In this document: piece by piece, positions 60,527 to 64,000 of the stretch
How the letters are laid out: each line of letters begins with the position of its first letter
How positions within the stretch are numbered: the first letter of the stretch is position 1
Assembly (NCBI GenBank): GCA_024401895.1
Contig: JAKSKE010000002.1
Coordinates: 373 to 64,372, forward strand
Direction: 5' to 3'
Length of the DNA stretch: 64,000 nucleotides
Source: Bacteroidales bacterium
GTDB lineage: Bacteria > Bacteroidota > Bacteroidia > Bacteroidales > UBA932
Notes under the pieces: generated by a model
What the model saw: the letters and a program-made list of their open reading frames with translations, nothing else
Told to the model about the DNA's origin: nothing
Database searches by the model: none
Made by a program: the position numbers and the translations under genes

Positions 60527-61906
60527 ATGACAGCACAACACATACTCTTCTTTATGGCGGCCATTGCGCTGTGCGGCAACGGTATGGCCCAAAACCCCGG
60601 CGCAGGGGACGACATCCCGCGGGAATGGACTCTGGAGCAGTGCCTCGAACTGAGTTCCAGAAACAACCCCTATGTCAAGAACGCCAGGCTGGACATTGAA
60701 TCGGCGAAGGCCCGGAAGAATGAAGCCCTGTGGGAATACTTTCCAACCGTGGGCCTCAGAGGAATGGGTTATTATGCGCAGAATCCGCTGGTCACCATTA
60801 CCGTAAATGACATTCTGGGCAATTCCGACGCCGCCTGGGACATTCGCAACGGCATAGTGGACGCCGCCGGCGAGCTGGGTGTCGATTATGAGTACAACTC
60901 TTTCCGCAAAGGATATTCGGCCGGCGTTGTGGCCACCCAGCCGCTGTTTGCCGGAGGGCGTATCGTGAGCGGAAACAGACTGGCCTCGGTAGGAGTCGAG
61001 GCGGCACGGCTACAGTCGCTAATGAAGGAGCGGGACACCGACATAGAAATCGAGAAAAAGTACTGGACAGTGGTGGCGCTGCAAGAGAAGATGACCACCC
61101 TGGTTGCAGGCAAACGGCTGCTGGACACCTTGTACCGCGACGTTATAGCCGGACTCGATGCCGGCCTTGTGTCGGAAAGCGACGTGTCGGAGGTAATGGT
61201 AAAGCAAAAGGAACTTGCGTCGGCGGAAGTGACTCTGCGAGGGGCGCTCAAACTGGCCCGGCTGGATATCTTCCACGCCATTGGAGTCAGTTGCAGTTAC
61301 CGCTTGCTGGACAGCCTTACCTTTACCGGAGACTTGGGGGAACTCATTCCTCCCCGGGAATGCGGGAATCTGCGCCCCAGTGAGAGTTCCTACGAATCGC
61401 AGCTGCTGGAAGCCAGCCTTGAGGCCAAGCGGTTGGAGAAGAAAATGGCCGAAGGAGAATATCTGCCCGAAGTGGGAATAGGTGTTTCCTACGGCTACGG
61501 TAATATCCAAGGCCGGTTCAACGGAGAGAATTTCAACGGCGTAGCCTTTGCTTCGGTAAAGATTCCGCTAACCGGACTGGGCAAAATGGCCAGCCGCTCA
61601 AGACGTTACCAGAACGAGGTCACCAAGATAGCCAACGAAAAGGAATACCTCGATTCGCAGCTGGAACTGCGCCGTCAGAAACTGTGGCTCGATTTTGAGA
61701 CGGCCTATAACCAGGCCGAGGTTGCCAGATACGCCGGCAAAGTATCTTCAGATGCGCTGTTCAGAGCCGAGCGGAACCATAAGGCAGGCCGAGCCACTCT
61801 GGCCGAACTCCTCGAGGCAGAGCTCAACTACCGCCGCGCCCAGGAAGAGTTCATAGACCGCTGCATAGACTATAGGACGGCTATGACCGCCGTAAGACTG
61901 TTGTAG
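60527..61906 (+). CDS. TolC family outer membrane efflux protein
   Basis: Signal peptide, WTLEQC, QPLFAGGR and YLPEVGI motifs. Confidence 0.88.
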   Translation: MTAQHILFFMAAIALCGNGMAQNPGAGDDIPREWTLEQCLELSSRNNPYVKNARLDIESAKARKNEALWEYFPTVGLRGMGYYAQNPLVTITVNDILGNSDAAWDIRNGIVDAAGELGVDYEYNSFRKGYSAGVVATQPLFAGGRIVSGNRLASVGVEAARLQSLMKERDTDIEIEKKYWTVVALQEKMTTLVAGKRLLDTLYRDVIAGLDAGLVSESDVSEVMVKQKELASAEVTLRGALKLARLDIFHAIGVSCSYRLLDSLTFTGDLGELIPPRECGNLRPSESSYESQLLEASLEAKRLEKKMAEGEYLPEVGIGVSYGYGNIQGRFNGENFNGVAFASVKIPLTGLGKMASRSRRYQNEVTKIANEKEYLDSQLELRRQKLWLDFETAYNQAEVARYAGKVSSDALFRAERNHKAGRATLAELLEAELNYRRAQEEFIDRCIDYRTAMTAVRLL

Positions 61907-61917
61907 ACTCGGGATCT

Positions 61918-63243
61918 CTAATGCCGGAAGCCCTTCATCCGGGCCATAAGATTGCCCGTAACGGCCGACTTCATAAGCTTGCGGGTACCCTCGAACTGCT
62001 TTAGCAGACGGTTGACCTCGGCTATCGAAGTGCCCGAACCGTCGGCAATTCTCTTGCGCCTGGGGCCGTTTATTTCCTCGGGGTGCTCGCGTTCCCAGGG
62101 GGTCATACTCTGAATGATGGCCTCGGTACTCTTGAAGGCGGTCCTATTGTCTATATCCACATCCTTGAGGGCTTTGTCCATTCCCGGCAACATAGAGGCC
62201 AGGTCCTTGATGTCGCCCATCTTCTTGACCTGCTGAATCTGAGCATAAAAGTCGTTCAGCGTGAACTTGTCCCTGGCGAGTTTCTTCTTGAGCTCGCGGG
62301 CCTGCTGCTCGTCGAACTGCTCCTGCGCCTTCTCAACAAGGGAAACGACGTCTCCCATTCCCAGAATTCGGTCGGCTACGCGGGACGGATGGAACGCATC
62401 CAACGCCTCCATCTTTTCTCCGGTGCTCACAAACTTGATAGGCTTGCCGGTCACAGCCCTGATTGAAAGGGCCGCACCGCCACGGGTGTCGCCGTCCATC
62501 TTTGTAAGCACAACGCCGTCGTAATCGATTGCCTCGTTAAAGGCTTTGGCGCTTTCCACTGCATCCTGACCGGTCATAGCGTCCACTACGAAAAGGGTCT
62601 CGGAGGGATTGACCCTGGAATGCAGGGCGCTTATCTCGTCCATCAGTTCCTTATCCAGCACAAGACGGCCGGCGGTATCGACAATAACTACCGAATATCC
62701 CTCGGCCTTCGCCGATGAAATGGCGGCTGAAGCTACGCGGATGGGATCCTTCTCGCCTTCTATGGTAAACACCGGCACGCCTATCCCCTGCCCCAGCGTC
62801 TGAAGCTGGTCTATGGCCGCAGGGCGGAAGCAGTCGCAGGCCGCCAGCATTACCTTCATCCCCTTCTTGCTCTTGAGATGAAGCGCCAGCTTGCCGCAGA
62901 AGGTCGTTTTACCGGAACCGTTGAGACCGGCCACCAAGACTACTGCAGGGCTGCCCTTTACGTTGATGTCCACGTTCTGAGCCCCCATAAAGTCGGTGAG
63001 GGAGTCGTGCACTATCTTCACCATCATCTGCTGCGGTTTCACAGCCTTGATTACATTCTCGCCTATGGCCTTTTCCTTGACCTTGTCGCAGAAGTCCTTC
63101 GCAACTTTATAGCTGACGTCGGCATCCAGCAACGCCCGGCGGATGTCCTTGATTGTTTCGGCAACATTTATATCACTGATTCTGCCCTCTCCTTTCAACA
63201 ATTGGAAAGAGCGCTCGAGTCGGTCTGACAGATTCTCAAACAT
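61918..63243 (-). CDS. ffh: Signal recognition particle protein Ffh
   Basis: ALLDADV, GSGKTT, DTAGR, TKMDGDTRGGAALS and M-domain (IIQSMT...RIADGSG). Confidence 0.96.
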   Translation of the reverse strand: MFENLSDRLERSFQLLKGEGRISDINVAETIKDIRRALLDADVSYKVAKDFCDKVKEKAIGENVIKAVKPQQMMVKIVHDSLTDFMGAQNVDINVKGSPAVVLVAGLNGSGKTTFCGKLALHLKSKKGMKVMLAACDCFRPAAIDQLQTLGQGIGVPVFTIEGEKDPIRVASAAISSAKAEGYSVVIVDTAGRLVLDKELMDEISALHSRVNPSETLFVVDAMTGQDAVESAKAFNEAIDYDGVVLTKMDGDTRGGAALSIRAVTGKPIKFVSTGEKMEALDAFHPSRVADRILGMGDVVSLVEKAQEQFDEQQARELKKKLARDKFTLNDFYAQIQQVKKMGDIKDLASMLPGMDKALKDVDIDNRTAFKSTEAIIQSMTPWEREHPEEINGPRRKRIADGSGTSIAEVNRLLKQFEGTRKLMKSAVTGNLMARMKGFRH

Positions 63244-64000
63244 ATAACGTTTCTGCTAAATCCTTTAAATTATATCGGCTGGACATTGTTGCACCATACG
63301 CTCCGGCCGAGCGGATGGCAACCATATCTCCACGCTTTGCGACGGGCAGACGGCAGTCGTGGGCGAACACGTCCGACGACTCGCACACCGGCCCTACAAT
63401 TTCGTACTGTTCAAAACCCTCCGGTTCCCTCTCCAAGGCCGACAGGTTCTCTATCTTATGACTGACCCCGTACAGTGCAGGTCTCACCAAATCGTTCATT
63501 CCGGCATCCAGAATCATAAAATTACAGGCCGGATTGTGCTTGACAAACAACACCCTGCTCAGCAGAGTCCCACACTGGGCAACCAGCGAACGTCCCGGTT
63601 CGACAAAGACCTTCATTCCCGGAGTACGCTCCAGAGAGGCATCTATGGTCGAGAACCAGGATTCAAAGTCGGGAACCGGGTTCTGGTCCGGCTCTTCATA
63701 ATCTACCCCCAGACCTCCGCCGAGGCCCACCAGGTGACAGTCGAAGCCGGCGGCAAGGACCCGTTTCACGAGCATATTCATTTTCTCGCACTGCAGGGCG
63801 AACACGTCCATCCGGTTAATCTGCGAACCAATGTGAGAGTGCAGCCCCTGCATCTTTATCCTTGGCAGCCGGTTCAAAAGCTCCAATGCGGCTTCCAAGT
63901 CATTCATTGCTATGCCGAATTTGTTTATGAGCGTTCCCGTAGTAATGAACTTATGAGTGTGGGCATCGACTTCGGGATTTATGCGCAGCAGCACATTGAC
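63236..64000 (-). CDS. lysA: Diaminopimelate decarboxylase (5' end outside the window)
   Basis: LLRINP, KFG, HSHIGSQ, GGG, EPGR, GPVCESSD and GAYGATMSSRYN motifs. Confidence 0.93.
   Translation of the reverse strand, partial: VNVLLRINPEVDAHTHKFITTGTLINKFGIAMNDLEAALELLNRLPRIKMQGLHSHIGSQINRMDVFALQCEKMNMLVKRVLAAGFDCHLVGLGGGLGVDYEEPDQNPVPDFESWFSTIDASLERTPGMKVFVEPGRSLVAQCGTLLSRVLFVKHNPACNFMILDAGMNDLVRPALYGVSHKIENLSALEREPEGFEQYEIVGPVCESSDVFAHDCRLPVAKRGDMVAIRSAGAYGATMSSRYNLKDLAETLYV

Noticed and set aside
1-64000. Scarcity of CTAG
   Set aside because: CTAG under-representation is widespread in bacteria and is not informative by itself.
1-64000. Stop-codon reassignment, selenocysteine or programmed frameshifts
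   Set aside because: All recognised genes are full length in code 11, and TAA, TAG and TGA each end genes at expected positions.

Overview
A very gene-dense, mostly housekeeping segment of an anaerobic Bacteroidales chromosome. The taxonomy is inferred from TAnnTTTG promoter boxes, a 286-aa primary sigma factor, TamB next to tsaD and GH9/S9 enzymes; a rumen/gut RC9 or Cryptobacteroides-like lineage is plausible but unverified. It holds about 45 CDS, tRNA-Thr(CGT) and the SRP RNA. Core genes include argS, rpoD, htrA, dnaN, dnaQ, mnmA, tsaD, recQ, recG, pckA, ffh and lysA. There is a complete [FeFe]-hydrogenase locus (hydE-hydG-hydF plus a trimeric, bifurcating-type HydB-HydA-HydC) running directly into a CNNM protein, a lipase and glpK, and a TetR-lipoprotein-RND efflux operon. 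No mobile element, prophage or CRISPR array is visible. The strongest unexplained signal is near-total avoidance of the tetranucleotide CATG: about 5 sites by manual scan, against about 250 expected for a uniform-composition 4-mer. Other oddities are an SRP RNA with a UGAC loop paired with an Ffh carrying FtsY-like motif changes, a lipoprotein with a dense cluster of O-glycosylation sequons inside the efflux operon, an acidic-tailed unknown protein downstream of rpoD-argS, and a recurrent TTCAGAA/TTCTGAA palindrome in promoter regions. All calls come from reading the sequence and recalling family motifs; no database searches were run.
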